Shown: positions 47,416-57,918, counted from the stretch's first letter. The stretch: DNA of 64,000 nucleotides from Oligoflexia bacterium (GCA_023250675.1 JAHFAE010000003.1:4311-68310); one strand, 5' to 3'. Numbers and translations: made by a program. The notes: generated by a model not told the origin, from the sequence alone.

Positions 47416-47976
47416 TTGTTACCGGGGGGGACTGTTTGTATGGCTGCCAAAGGAAAAGAAAAGGGAGACAAGGATGGAGCTGTCGCAACAGCGAAGCCAA
47501 GCTTAAAAGAAAGACTCCCGAAGATTTTGCTCTTTGTTTTAGTTTTTCTAAATCTCATGTTGATGGTTGGAAGTGCCTACGTCATCTACGACGTGAAGAT
47601 TGCCTACAAGCGACCACCGATCACTGAAGAAACCGAATCTCATGCACTGGTCTTAGAGAGGGATTTGCGGGGTGATAAACCAGTTCTTTATAGCTTTGAG
47701 CCTTTTAATATTAATTTAGATGGTAAACCTCACAAAATGGTTCGAACCACCATTCAATTTGAAATGCTTTCTGAAGAGGGTTACGAGGAAGCCGTTAATC
47801 TTGTTCCTGTTGCTCGCGATCAAATTGTACAAATTTTTAATTCCAAAAAATATGAAGACATTGAGTCTATTCAAGGAAAACTTTTCTTAAAAGATCAAAT
47901 CCTCACTGCCATGAATTCGCTTTTTCACAAAGGGTTAGTGAAAGAAGTCTATTTCGGCGAGTTCGTGGTTCAATAA
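47416..47976 (+). CDS. fliL: FliL-family flagellar basal-body-associated protein
   Basis: Single N-terminal TM helix and a FliL-like periplasmic domain (…FEPFNINL…RTTIQFEM…). Confidence 0.55.
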   Translation: MLPGGTVCMAAKGKEKGDKDGAVATAKPSLKERLPKILLFVLVFLNLMLMVGSAYVIYDVKIAYKRPPITEETESHALVLERDLRGDKPVLYSFEPFNINLDGKPHKMVRTTIQFEMLSEEGYEEAVNLVPVARDQIVQIFNSKKYEDIESIQGKLFLKDQILTAMNSLFHKGLVKEVYFGEFVVQ

Positions 47977-48161
47977 GGCCATCTCTAGTTCTTCCAATTT
48001 AATAATCATCAAAATCGACTTTCTGTGTTTCGTTCTGGGTGGCGACCATAATTGTCACTTAAGTTACAGGGGTGACAGGGGCGTCCATTAGGATCACCTA
48101 ATTTGCCTATGATCAGGTATCGGTTTTGCTTTCTCTTAAGAATAACCCTGGAGGCCTGAAA

Positions 48162-48881
48162 GTGAAGGCGACTCGTTTGAATGCCGCGTTTTCGGTTGTT
48201 TTTCTAATAGCAACGGCGAGCTATGGCCATATGTTATGTCAAGGGGCAAGGGCCCACGTGGCGGGGAAGTCACGATATAGTTTAGGTGGCAAGCAACTCT
48301 TAGTCTTAGAAGGTGTTCGAAAAGATACTGATCAAATCATTTTGCAAATGCATTCACTGCGTATTGGTGAAACTCCTAAAGAGTTCGACGGTGAAATCAG
48401 CGTCAAAGTGAAGATTTTTCGTCTTGATTTCTTGTCAGGTGATGAAAATAAAATTGGTGTAATTCCACTCGTTTTATTTAGTCGCTCAAAGAAAGCAATC
48501 GTTGAACTAGGCCCCTATACATACGCAGATACTGATCAAAATCGCTTCGTTCATTATTTTCTTCATAAAGAAACATCTTTGCCTCTAGATTCTTTGGTTC
48601 AAAATGAGGGCCGCGCCGTAGGATTTCAAGTTGAAATACTTGAAGTATTAAGTGACGGAAGAGAGCGACGTTTGAACAATTCTCTTCGCTACCTGGTTTT
48701 GCCTTTTGATTCTCAAAGGGTTTGTCATAAATCAACTCCTGCTGATACCATGGTCTTTGCCGGGGATCCCTTTGACTTTAATGTTCAAGAAGATAAGGAG
48801 GGGGGAACCTTTAGCGCTTCTTTTAACATTTTGGTTGCGCCCGGTGTCTCAGATCAGCATCAACATCATCATGTTCAATAA
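48162..48881 (+). CDS. hypothetical secreted protein
   Basis: GTG start preceded by GGAGG. Signal peptide. Confidence 0.4.
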   Translation: MKATRLNAAFSVVFLIATASYGHMLCQGARAHVAGKSRYSLGGKQLLVLEGVRKDTDQIILQMHSLRIGETPKEFDGEISVKVKIFRLDFLSGDENKIGVIPLVLFSRSKKAIVELGPYTYADTDQNRFVHYFLHKETSLPLDSLVQNEGRAVGFQVEILEVLSDGRERRLNNSLRYLVLPFDSQRVCHKSTPADTMVFAGDPFDFNVQEDKEGGTFSASFNILVAPGVSDQHQHHHVQ

Positions 48882-49027
48882 ATGCGCCTCGAGGAGTTGT
48901 TTTTTTGTTTTTCAATTCGCGGTAAATAATGTGCACCAATAATACGAATTTGAAGTTCTTTTGATTGGAAGTTGGTCGGCAGTCATCCAAAAGGAAACAC
49001 AGGTACGGAAAAAAAAGTTATGAACTT

Positions 49028-49414
49028 TTATCTCTGACAGGTTAACTCTTCAGAAGGTCGGCCAATAATATTGAGATAACCCCGACTTGCACCATTACCG
49101 ATTGTGACAGCTGTCAAACTTCCAACGACTTTAGGGCCATTTTCGCCATCAGGATTGACAAGTTGGAGAGAAGTGTGCGCTGCACCAACTGTGCCCACAG
49201 CTCTCAGGTAATTTGTGATTGTTCGTTTTCCACCCAGATTAGTCCTTCTTTGTATAACTACCCTGAAATTTTCAATGACGGCGCCGGACTGAGAAACGCT
49301 TACTTTGTAAAAAGGTGTATGTGTCACATCGATAGATTGGCAAGTCAGGACGGTTGATGCTGAGGCCTGGATCGTTGGCAACAGAGCAGCCAAAATTAAA
49401 ACTAAGATTTTCAT
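49028..49414 (-). CDS. hypothetical small secreted protein (two Cys)
   Basis: Signal peptide MKILVLILAALLPTIQASA, with Cys near each end of the mature protein. Confidence 0.4.
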   Translation of the reverse strand: MKILVLILAALLPTIQASASTVLTCQSIDVTHTPFYKVSVSQSGAVIENFRVVIQRRTNLGGKRTITNYLRAVGTVGAAHTSLQLVNPDGENGPKVVGSLTAVTIGNGASRGYLNIIGRPSEELTCQR

Positions 49415-49712
49415 ATTTTCTCCTATAAAATTAATTGCGAATTAAAGACCCAGCAACAGCTATACCAGAAAATAAACGCATCAATACCAATGTAGTGATT
49501 TTGATGACTCACGAATGAATTTTTTTTATTCCCCTTGTACTATTTACTACGACTCAGCACGTTATAGCATATGGAATCCAGGAGGATCGGCGACAGATTT
49601 TTATAAGTTACTGAAGGGTCTAGTTTATTGGGTGTGGCCCCGGTTTTGATTTTTAAAAGCGACATTTCAGTCCAGAGATCATTTGATTATTTTGTCTAGA
49701 AAAAACAAAGAC

Positions 49713-50678
49713 CTATTGAGCCTTTGAAATATTCGGCGGTGAATAAATGTTGGGCCCCGAAATTCTAAAAGAATAAGAATTACCGGCCGTCGCATAAGAC
49801 GCTAAAAGCATCAAGTAGGTTCCTACTTGTTGCTTAAATGTATCGCCCACTGAAAGTTTAATTAAAAGATCATAGGCCCCGAGCCTGGATTGAACGTCTG
49901 TACCTACTTTTTCAAAGCGCATTTCAAAGCGACCAGTGGCGTTTAAAAATATATCACTACCGGGTTTGCCTATGGTCAATTTTGAAACTTGAATAGCCCC
50001 TTTATCAGCAAGTCCTTCTAAAACAATATCCTGAAGATTAATTCTTGGAATAGCCACAGGACCCATCATTGGTGTCATGATACTTGATTCACCTATCACC
50101 GCTTTTTCGGCGTGAAGCTCGATATTGCCTTGAGGTTGTTCAACCATATCTACGTCAAGCTGAGTATTAACATTGGCCGAAAGACTACCACTTATATTTA
50201 AAGGAAGTTGGGCGAATTTAGAAACTTCTAAAAGATTTAAACCCGAAATATCTAAATCTATTTTTTGCTTTCTCTTACCGGCTGGGTTTTTATCACCCCC
50301 TCTTGTCACCACATCAACTTCGCCTCCAAGAAGGCCCTCCGCATGAACACTCACTCCAGGTTTTAAAGAAAATAAACCCATAATGCTGGGCGAAGCCGTA
50401 AGATACTTCGCCGTAATTGCAGGGGTGAAAGGCGTTTCCACAATCACATTTGAAAGAGCAAGCCCAGGTTGGGGCACGAGATTAAATTGTAGAGTATCGA
50501 AATTGACAAATATCTGCCGAGCCGTCAATTCAGACACTTTTACGGCGACAAAATCTCCCATATCGTTAAGAGGAAAAAGCCAATATAAAAAAAATAAATA
50601 AAATAATAATAATGCTCCCAATTTTTTCTTATGAAATCGCAATAAACTAAAAATGGGCGAAAGAATATTTGAAATCAA
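49713..50678 (-). CDS. gspN: T2SS GspN-like protein
   Basis: Single N-terminal TM helix and a periplasmic domain. It is the last gene of the gsp operon. Confidence 0.4.
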   Translation of the reverse strand: MISNILSPIFSLLRFHKKKLGALLLFYLFFLYWLFPLNDMGDFVAVKVSELTARQIFVNFDTLQFNLVPQPGLALSNVIVETPFTPAITAKYLTASPSIMGLFSLKPGVSVHAEGLLGGEVDVVTRGGDKNPAGKRKQKIDLDISGLNLLEVSKFAQLPLNISGSLSANVNTQLDVDMVEQPQGNIELHAEKAVIGESSIMTPMMGPVAIPRINLQDIVLEGLADKGAIQVSKLTIGKPGSDIFLNATGRFEMRFEKVGTDVQSRLGAYDLLIKLSVGDTFKQQVGTYLMLLASYATAGNSYSFRISGPNIYSPPNISKAQ

Positions 50679-51403
50679 ATCTCTTCACCTCGATTTGAAG
50701 GGATTGAAGGAGCTTGCCCTTTTGGAATACTTGGGGGGGGGGGAGGCAATTTAGATTTAACTGCGTCCAAAAGTCCTCCGCCAGGCAAAAGACTTTGGGC
50801 CGTCTTAGGCGCGAAATTGACGATCTTGTAATTCACATCATAGAAATGAGGATCGGTATTTTGAGCGATGAGTTCAAATCCAGATAATTTTAAACTAAAA
50901 TCTGCATGCTCGAGCTCAAAAGCTAAACTCACGGCCTGTTTAATTGTTAGTTTATGAATCTGATAAAAATATCCTCTTTGCTCTGCCCCCATTATATCTG
51001 AAGTGGGAATTTCACCTGAACTCTTCACTTGTTCAGGCTTTACAGACGCCGCAGCTATTTTTTGATCAAAAATAGCCTTCAGAGAACTGGGTGGCCCCGG
51101 AGTTAATACCGTTGGAGCCGCCGCCACATCACGAGTGATATGCAATAAATCTTTAAGTGCATATCTTTTTTCTTCAAATCGATCAGCCATCTCTGATGCA
51201 TCCATCATAGTAGTTGCAGGCCAATAGAGAATCAAAGTCGCGACGAAAAGAAAACCGGTCCACATGACGAGTTTTTGGCTTAAGGGTGGAAGTTCTTCAA
51301 ATCTTTCTTTTAGAGCAATAAACCAGGGGCTTTCTTGTTGCTCAGCCCAAGATGTTTTAAGCCTTTCTAAAAAACTCTCTAAAATGTTTTTTAAAAATTC
51401 CAT
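50675..51403 (-). CDS. gspM: T2SS inner-membrane protein GspM-like
   Basis: Bitopic topology and position after gspL. The C-terminal poly-Pro is encoded by a G11/C11 tract. Confidence 0.5.
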   Translation of the reverse strand: MEFLKNILESFLERLKTSWAEQQESPWFIALKERFEELPPLSQKLVMWTGFLFVATLILYWPATTMMDASEMADRFEEKRYALKDLLHITRDVAAAPTVLTPGPPSSLKAIFDQKIAAASVKPEQVKSSGEIPTSDIMGAEQRGYFYQIHKLTIKQAVSLAFELEHADFSLKLSGFELIAQNTDPHFYDVNYKIVNFAPKTAQSLLPGGGLLDAVKSKLPPPPPSIPKGQAPSIPSNRGEEI

Positions 51404-53037
51404 TACTTTCCTCTTTTTTCCACAGGAGATATTCGGGACACATTCATATTCAATTGAAATGCAAATTTGCTAGGTGGTGGAATAAATGAAGGCTGCCCCC
51501 CCTTCACTTGACTAAAAAGAGGTGATTGCATAATACTCTTTTGCAAGAAATCATATTCGGCCTTGTTATTAACTAGACCTTCAAGCAAGAGATTATCGCC
51601 ATCTATATTAATATGTCTGACATCAACAGTCACTTGCCCGTTTTTCGGCGCAACGATTGACAGGGTTTTCATTATATCGAGAGCTGAACTCATTCGATTT
51701 AACCGTAAAACTTCTTTTCTACTCTGTAATTCTTCTTTTTTAGCACTAATGAACCTTTTCAGAGACTCTGTTTTGAGCTGACTTGTGGCGATATTAAGAA
51801 TCGGATTTTTTGCCTGTTCTTTGAGAGCTTTGTCTACCGCAGTGAGATCGTCTTCTAAAAACATGACCCGTAGGGGGCTGTAGACATAAAAAGCGATGAT
51901 AAGAGCTAAAGCTAATTTTGCGCCTCCATGATAATTTTCCCAAAACATCTTAAATTTTTGGCTGTTTTTTGAAAATTCGTTTTTTCTTAAATTTATAGCC
52001 GGGCTGCTGGGCTTTCTTAATCCCTCTAGGGCCAAGCCTGTAGCCACACTGCTGGCCTTATCGGTACTTTCGGTGTCTTGAAGAAAAGTTTTTGTGCTGA
52101 CACCCAGGTGATGAAAAACTTCAAAATGCAATTCAAGCGCGCTTGTGAGAAAGGGGCCCAGGTTGAGGAGGCGGCTCATTCCACCTGTGATATAACCTCT
52201 TGTGAACTCAACTTGAAATTCAGCCTTAAGATCGACCATGGTGCGTTTTAGATCAACAAGCAATGGATTTAGACTTTGCACGATGACATCACTAAAATTC
52301 TTTTGATTATCATCGACGCCATCCTGACTTGTTAGAACAAATCCTTTTTCAGCTACGCCCTTAAGAGCATCAAGGTAAGGAAGCTGGTAAGCTCTACTCA
52401 CACTTGACGCCATATCTTTACCGCCAAAGAAAAGGGCTCGGCTTGCAAGGAGGTTTCCGTATTGAATTACGTTAATTATCGTCTTGCTATAACCAATATG
52501 AATAATAAGTTCGGCACCGCCCGGAACCGTGGTTTCTAAGTTAACGCCCTCGAAGAGATTGGCCAGTGCAATTCCATCTAAACTTACTATGTCAGGATCA
52601 AGCCCTGCATCGTCGCAAAGCATCAATGTTTCTTGAACATATTTTTTGGGTACGGCAAATGCTAAGACTTGGGAGGCCGATTCTTTTTGATTAATAATTC
52701 TAAAATCAAAGATAGCTTCTTCTTGTGAAAAGGGAATGGCATCTTCTAATTCAAAGGGCAGACTCTGTAGAATTTTTCTTCGTTCTAAAAATGGAAATGT
52801 AAGTATACGCTGAGTGCCCGCTTCAGAACCTAATCCAACGACGATCCGATAAACCGAGGGGTCATATTGGGCGGCAATTCTTCTTAAGGCCTCTATCTTT
52901 TCTAGGCGAACGTCTTGGCCAAGCTCGTGGGTGAGTTCGATTTCGTAGAAATCTCGTAGGTTAACCGATTTAAGAGCGGTCTCCAGTTCAGCGACTTTAA
53001 TGCTGTAACTTCCAATGTCAATGCCGACGATGCGCAA
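51403..53037 (-). CDS. gspL: T2SS protein GspL (cytoplasmic actin-like domain + TM + periplasmic domain)
   Basis: N-terminus MRIVGIDIGSYSIKVAELE (actin-like ATPase fold) with a mid-protein TM helix. Confidence 0.6.
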   Translation of the reverse strand: MRIVGIDIGSYSIKVAELETALKSVNLRDFYEIELTHELGQDVRLEKIEALRRIAAQYDPSVYRIVVGLGSEAGTQRILTFPFLERRKILQSLPFELEDAIPFSQEEAIFDFRIINQKESASQVLAFAVPKKYVQETLMLCDDAGLDPDIVSLDGIALANLFEGVNLETTVPGGAELIIHIGYSKTIINVIQYGNLLASRALFFGGKDMASSVSRAYQLPYLDALKGVAEKGFVLTSQDGVDDNQKNFSDVIVQSLNPLLVDLKRTMVDLKAEFQVEFTRGYITGGMSRLLNLGPFLTSALELHFEVFHHLGVSTKTFLQDTESTDKASSVATGLALEGLRKPSSPAINLRKNEFSKNSQKFKMFWENYHGGAKLALALIIAFYVYSPLRVMFLEDDLTAVDKALKEQAKNPILNIATSQLKTESLKRFISAKKEELQSRKEVLRLNRMSSALDIMKTLSIVAPKNGQVTVDVRHINIDGDNLLLEGLVNNKAEYDFLQKSIMQSPLFSQVKGGQPSFIPPPSKFAFQLNMNVSRISPVEKRGK

Positions 53038-53052
53038 TGAAATTTCATCCTC

Positions 53053-54261
53053 TCAAAATTCCTGCCAAAAAATTATGTGCGGCGGTCCAGACGTCCCTGA
53101 TGTCTGAGCAGGTGCTGCATGAGCTGGCGACGGACTGGATGAAGCGGCCGCCCCCTGTTGTTGTTGTTGCTGAGCGCCCGCCTGACTTGCCGAAGCTAGT
53201 AATGTAGCAATCTGTCCCTTTACTTTATCAAAATCATAGACGATCGCAATGATTTCACGTTGTGCTTTCTTGTAGAATCCATTGGAAGTGATTCGAAAAT
53301 TATATTCTGCGTCAAATAGCAACGGAATTTCTGGATCTTTGTTAAATTTATCTGCACGAACCCCTTTGCTCTGAACAAAACTTAAAAATTCTCCTGCGTT
53401 TCCAAATGGACCTTGGTTGGGGTCATTTCGTTTTTCAATTACGGCAGCAGAAATTTCTTTGGTGATTTGGGGATCGATACTTCGAATTACTTCAGCTGAA
53501 GCTAAATTCACGTTAATGCCTTTGGTTCCGTAGACAGTAACTCGAGGAGAGAGAAGATTAAAAATTTCGTCGGTCACTCCTGCCACCATATGTAATTCTT
53601 CTAATGTTTTCATGGGTCGGTTTGGAGGTTTGATGGGAGGATCGGTGCGGGAGTAATATTGAGATTCAGATCCGCCATTGAAAGATTCAGAATCGTCGTC
53701 GATCCAGTCTGCGATATTGTTCACAATCTCTTGAGCTTTAAGGCCACGATTTTCTTTGGCCCACTCATCATCGGCTTCTAGTCTGTTTTGTAATATTTGG
53801 TTGAGTTGGACTGATACCGATTTTCTCAATTGCTCAGAAGGAGAGCCTAGATCGTTGAGATCAATTTTTGAACCTTCCCCTTCAATCTTCGTTGAAAATG
53901 TGCCGTCAATATAACTTTTATCGATAGCATCTTTGAGCTGTTCTTTATCCATGCTACTTATGTTGTCGTCGGGAATCATAGGTGGCCATGAAAAGGGGAG
54001 CTGCCAAATCACATCAAGGGCCGCTTTGTTATTTCCCAGCTGACCTCCAAATTTCTGCATCACCGATTTATAGACATGAATTCGAAGCAAACTGATTTGA
54101 ATTCCAGATTTGGCCAGATAGTAAGCTTTGAGTCGGTCTATTTGGGAGGCGCCAATTGCCAATTCTACTTGAGTATTGTAGCCAATTTCGGTTGCAAGAA
54201 AAATCATGATGGTGATGGCAAAAAGAGTTACTAGTAGCGCAATACCTTTTTGATTTTTCAC
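53053..54261 (-). CDS. gspK: T2SS minor pseudopilin GspK
   Basis: Prepilin-like N-terminus without Glu5 (GIALLVTLFAITIM) and a large periplasmic domain. Confidence 0.6.
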   Translation of the reverse strand: MKNQKGIALLVTLFAITIMIFLATEIGYNTQVELAIGASQIDRLKAYYLAKSGIQISLLRIHVYKSVMQKFGGQLGNNKAALDVIWQLPFSWPPMIPDDNISSMDKEQLKDAIDKSYIDGTFSTKIEGEGSKIDLNDLGSPSEQLRKSVSVQLNQILQNRLEADDEWAKENRGLKAQEIVNNIADWIDDDSESFNGGSESQYYSRTDPPIKPPNRPMKTLEELHMVAGVTDEIFNLLSPRVTVYGTKGINVNLASAEVIRSIDPQITKEISAAVIEKRNDPNQGPFGNAGEFLSFVQSKGVRADKFNKDPEIPLLFDAEYNFRITSNGFYKKAQREIIAIVYDFDKVKGQIATLLASASQAGAQQQQQQGAAASSSPSPAHAAPAQTSGTSGPPHIIFWQEF

Positions 54262-55094
54262 TTTTGCCCTCCAAATGGTTGGGCACCCGGAGGACCATTG
54301 CCACTTTGGTAAGGTGGATCATTATTGGTCATGTGAATTGCCGCTAGTGTTGAGAGTTTGAGTTCTCGACCGTCTCGGGCAATAGCGAGACTTATTTCAA
54401 CAGCATCGGGAAATTTGTTACTCGTACGATCATCAAGAGCTCCTCCAGAACTCTTCCACGTCTCTACCCAATCTTTATTGTCCCCACCTAAATATCTAAA
54501 TTTTAATGACTGAACATACTCAAGGAGAACTGTTTCTTTTCCGCCTTTTGTCACGTCATCATCAAGGACTGTGGATTCTCGACGAATGAGTGCCTTCACG
54601 TTGTTTCTCTCTTTGCCTGCGGATCGAACATCTTTAATATAATACCCGATCTTTGCTTGATCACTTTCTTGGGCATTAACGGTGGTTCGAGAATGGCTTA
54701 GAGTTGTAAAATAAAGAGAGTCGGGCCCTCCTACAAATCCTGTGAGTTTTTCTGTGGGAATCGGGGGATCGCTATTTCTTTGAGCCGAACCTGAAAAGTT
54801 GGGAGGTGGTTTACCAGCGGCTTGAGCTTCTTGGATAAGTTTTTTCTTAATTTCATCATTGATATCTATCCAATGAAAAGCTGTGTTAATATCATGGGTC
54901 ATAATATTAAGTGCATCCCGAAGGCCTGCGTAGTCGTCTATTTGCACTTCAATTTTCTTTTTAAATTTAAGGCTTTTACTAATATTGACAGCGGTAAGTG
55001 TCGAAATGATGGCCAATATCAAAACGGCGATAAGGATTTCTAAAAGAGTAAATCCATTTTTAGAAACCAATAGGCAACTCCTTGGTGTAATCAA
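54258..55094 (-). CDS. gspJ: T2SS minor pseudopilin GspJ
   Basis: Prepilin motif GFTLLEILIAVLILAI. Confidence 0.6.
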   Translation of the reverse strand: MITPRSCLLVSKNGFTLLEILIAVLILAIISTLTAVNISKSLKFKKKIEVQIDDYAGLRDALNIMTHDINTAFHWIDINDEIKKKLIQEAQAAGKPPPNFSGSAQRNSDPPIPTEKLTGFVGGPDSLYFTTLSHSRTTVNAQESDQAKIGYYIKDVRSAGKERNNVKALIRRESTVLDDDVTKGGKETVLLEYVQSLKFRYLGGDNKDWVETWKSSGGALDDRTSNKFPDAVEISLAIARDGRELKLSTLAAIHMTNNDPPYQSGNGPPGAQPFGGQK

Positions 55095-55560
55095 TATAAA
55101 TTGTACTTAAAGAATAAGACTTTTGCGTGTTGCCTTGCTTGTAAGTCACAACAATTGAAATTTCTCTTACAGCTTTTTCAAAAAAATCCGTCATTGTTTT
55201 TATAATTGTTGTGGTAACCTCTGATTGTTTGTCACCATTTGCAGCGGGCGGAATAATAGGCGGCAAAGTGAATGGGCGCATTTTGACTTCCCAGGTATAG
55301 CCCGGATAGTCGTCGCCAAAATCCCCTGATTTAAAATCTGAATCGGTTTCTATTTCTTCAACTTTCTTATTTTTTGTGCGGGCTTCAAATTCCACCATCT
55401 TTTTTTGTAGTAAAAGCGTAATGGTGCTAAAAAGTCTGCCTTTTCTAACGCCTGCCTGGCTACTGTTCCAGCTCTGGTATAAAACAATGCTTGTGCCTGC
55501 TAAAATTATAAGAGAAACTAAAACTTCAAGAAGGGTGAAGCCTTTCACATTTAGTTTCAT
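55060..55560 (-). CDS. gspI: T2SS minor pseudopilin GspI
   Basis: Prepilin motif GFTLLEVLVSLIILA. Confidence 0.6.
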   Translation of the reverse strand: MKLNVKGFTLLEVLVSLIILAGTSIVLYQSWNSSQAGVRKGRLFSTITLLLQKKMVEFEARTKNKKVEEIETDSDFKSGDFGDDYPGYTWEVKMRPFTLPPIIPPAANGDKQSEVTTTIIKTMTDFFEKAVREISIVVTYKQGNTQKSYSLSTIYIDYTKELPIGF

Positions 55561-56156
55561 GGGTCCAAGTCCCTTAACTTAATATATTCTTGCGAAAGAT
55601 CCGTTTGGGCTGTAAGGGGATTGACCACAAGGGTCCAATGAAGGCTTTTGCCGTCTGTAATATGAATCGCTGCTTTTTGTACAAGACCTTGAGGAAAAAA
55701 GTGGATAAAGGCTTTGCCACTTACAAAGGGGTTTCTATAATTTTCAATTTCCACATCTTCAAAGCCTACACCGTTTGGAAGTTCTAAGGGATGTTTTAAT
55801 ATTTCTGAATCTTTAGAAAAATTTGAGGCCGGGGCTTTGTCGCCATGTTTGCCAAATGTACTTTGGACTTCGTCGGGATTTTCAACAAGTTCAGACGCGC
55901 CGCCACTTTCTACGGTGATATTGGGTTTAGTTTTTTTTTCTTTATCTCCAAAATCCACTACAAGCCTATAGGTTTTATTTTTGAGTCTTGCCATATGGTG
56001 AAGCTGGCGATTGAGAATGATAATGGTTCTTGTCTGTTTTCTAAGTTCGGTGCCCAAAGTGCGACCAAGTTTAGGAATGGCGACTGCCGTAACGAACGCA
56101 ATTATACCTAATGTGATCATGAGCTCTATGAGAGTAAAACCCCGATCACGGGTCAT
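55557..56156 (-). CDS. gspH: T2SS minor pseudopilin GspH
   Basis: Prepilin motif GFTLIELMITLGIIA. Confidence 0.6.
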   Translation of the reverse strand: MTRDRGFTLIELMITLGIIAFVTAVAIPKLGRTLGTELRKQTRTIIILNRQLHHMARLKNKTYRLVVDFGDKEKKTKPNITVESGGASELVENPDEVQSTFGKHGDKAPASNFSKDSEILKHPLELPNGVGFEDVEIENYRNPFVSGKAFIHFFPQGLVQKAAIHITDGKSLHWTLVVNPLTAQTDLSQEYIKLRDLDP

Positions 56157-56164
56157 TTGATTTG

Positions 56165-56593
56165 CTATAGATCCTCGCTAGAAATATCGGCATTAAATCC
56201 CTCACCACCTTCTTGCCGGTCTGCTCCAAAAGATTTAATGACATAGTGAAGACCGTCACTGCAAGTGTATGCAAGAGGGTTATTCCATGGATCCTTTGGT
56301 ACGCGCTTCAAATAGCTTTCAGGACCCCAATTGGGGCAGGCACGGCCTGTAGGATTTTGAACTAAGGCATTAAGGCCCTGTTCAGAGGTTGGATAAAACC
56401 CGCAATCTGTATAAAATTGATCAAGGGCTTTGCCTGTTTCACTGATCAATATTTTTGCTTCATTGAATCGAGCTTTCTTCAAATTGCCAATAACTTTTGT
56501 AACTAGAACAGTACCGATGGTGCCTAAAATAACAAGCACGATCATGATCTCAATGAGGGTCATACCTTTTTGATTTTTAAATAGTTTTCCCAT
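56165..56593 (-). CDS. gspG: T2SS major pseudopilin GspG
   Basis: GMTLIEIMIVLVILG prepilin N-terminus with the conserved GspG core. GGAGGTAA precedes the ATG. Confidence 0.85.
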   Translation of the reverse strand: MGKLFKNQKGMTLIEIMIVLVILGTIGTVLVTKVIGNLKKARFNEAKILISETGKALDQFYTDCGFYPTSEQGLNALVQNPTGRACPNWGPESYLKRVPKDPWNNPLAYTCSDGLHYVIKSFGADRQEGGEGFNADISSEDL

Positions 56594-56697
56594 TTGCTTA
56601 CCTCCGCCGAATTGAAACAACTATTCTCGCTTGAGTCGGGTTTTAGGTCAAGATTGGTTTGGATTTTTGCTGTATTGCATCAATTGGTGTTTTGGCA

Positions 56698-57918
56698 TTA
56701 CGACAAATTGGACATTTCAAATATGGGGACGAGAATTGCAAAAACAATAAAGCCAATAATGAGCCCCATCCCAACAATCATAATAGGTTCTAAGAGAGAC
56801 GTCAGACCTGAAATCGCATTATCAACTTGAAAATCATAGGCGTCAGAAACTTGGGTGAGCATGGGTTCTAATTCGCCGGTTTTTTCGCCAATGCTAATCA
56901 TATGGATGACGATGGGGGGGAATTCCCCTGATTTTTTTAGTGGTCCGGCGATACTTTCTCCTTCGCTCACATTATCTCGTGCGTTGGCGATCACCTTTTC
57001 AAAAACGGTGTTATCAACAACATTTTTGACAATATCAAAGGCGTTAAGCATAGGCACACCACCGGCAAGTAAAGTAGATAATGTCTTTGCAAACCGAGAA
57101 ACGGCAATCATACGGATAAGACGACCAAAAATCGGCAATTTCATTTTAATAATATCCCATTGCTGGCGTCCGCTATGGCTTGACTTCCATCTAAAAAAGA
57201 ATATTAAAGCAGACACCAAACCCACGGTGATTGAAATCCAATAATCAGCCACAAAATTACTTACTTTGATTAAGAAAGTTGTATACCAAGGTAAAGTCAT
57301 TTCAGTTTCGGCGAAAACTTGAGTGATCTTTGGAATGACAAACACAAATAAAACTATCATAACAATAAATCCAAACACACCCATTAACATCGGATACATC
57401 ATGGCTGAACGAACTTTATTTCTAAGAGAATTTTGCTTTTCAGTGAATTCGGCAAGACGTAACAAAATAATATCCAAAGTGCCTGAGGTCTCACCCGCCT
57501 CACACATAGACACGTAGATATTTTGGAAAATCTTTGGATATTTGCCAAGAGCCTTATGTAGACTGGACCCTTCATTGACCATCTGTTTTATATCACTTAT
57601 GGCCCCACGAAGAACCGTATTCTCAACTTGATCAACTAAAGCACCCAGGGCATCGACAAGGGGGATTTGTGCTTTCACTAACGTGGCAAACTGCCTGGTC
57701 ATCATTGATAGGTCTTGAGTGCTCACACCGCTTCCAATAGTAAAACTGGGGCCCGCTGCCTTCTTCTTAGCGGCCTGAGCTTTCTTGTCTTTAATGTCGA
57801 CTACGTAAATGCCGTCTCGTTTAAGTTTTGTTCGGGCTGTCTTAACATTATCTGACTCAAGAATGCCTTTGACGTTTTTTCCCGCAGCACTTAAGCCCTT
57901 ATACTCAAAAGTGGGCAT
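56698..57918 (-). CDS. gspF: T2SS inner-membrane platform protein GspF
   Basis: Two GspF repeats and three TM helices. Confidence 0.85.
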   Translation of the reverse strand: MPTFEYKGLSAAGKNVKGILESDNVKTARTKLKRDGIYVVDIKDKKAQAAKKKAAGPSFTIGSGVSTQDLSMMTRQFATLVKAQIPLVDALGALVDQVENTVLRGAISDIKQMVNEGSSLHKALGKYPKIFQNIYVSMCEAGETSGTLDIILLRLAEFTEKQNSLRNKVRSAMMYPMLMGVFGFIVMIVLFVFVIPKITQVFAETEMTLPWYTTFLIKVSNFVADYWISITVGLVSALIFFFRWKSSHSGRQQWDIIKMKLPIFGRLIRMIAVSRFAKTLSTLLAGGVPMLNAFDIVKNVVDNTVFEKVIANARDNVSEGESIAGPLKKSGEFPPIVIHMISIGEKTGELEPMLTQVSDAYDFQVDNAISGLTSLLEPIMIVGMGLIIGFIVFAILVPIFEMSNLS

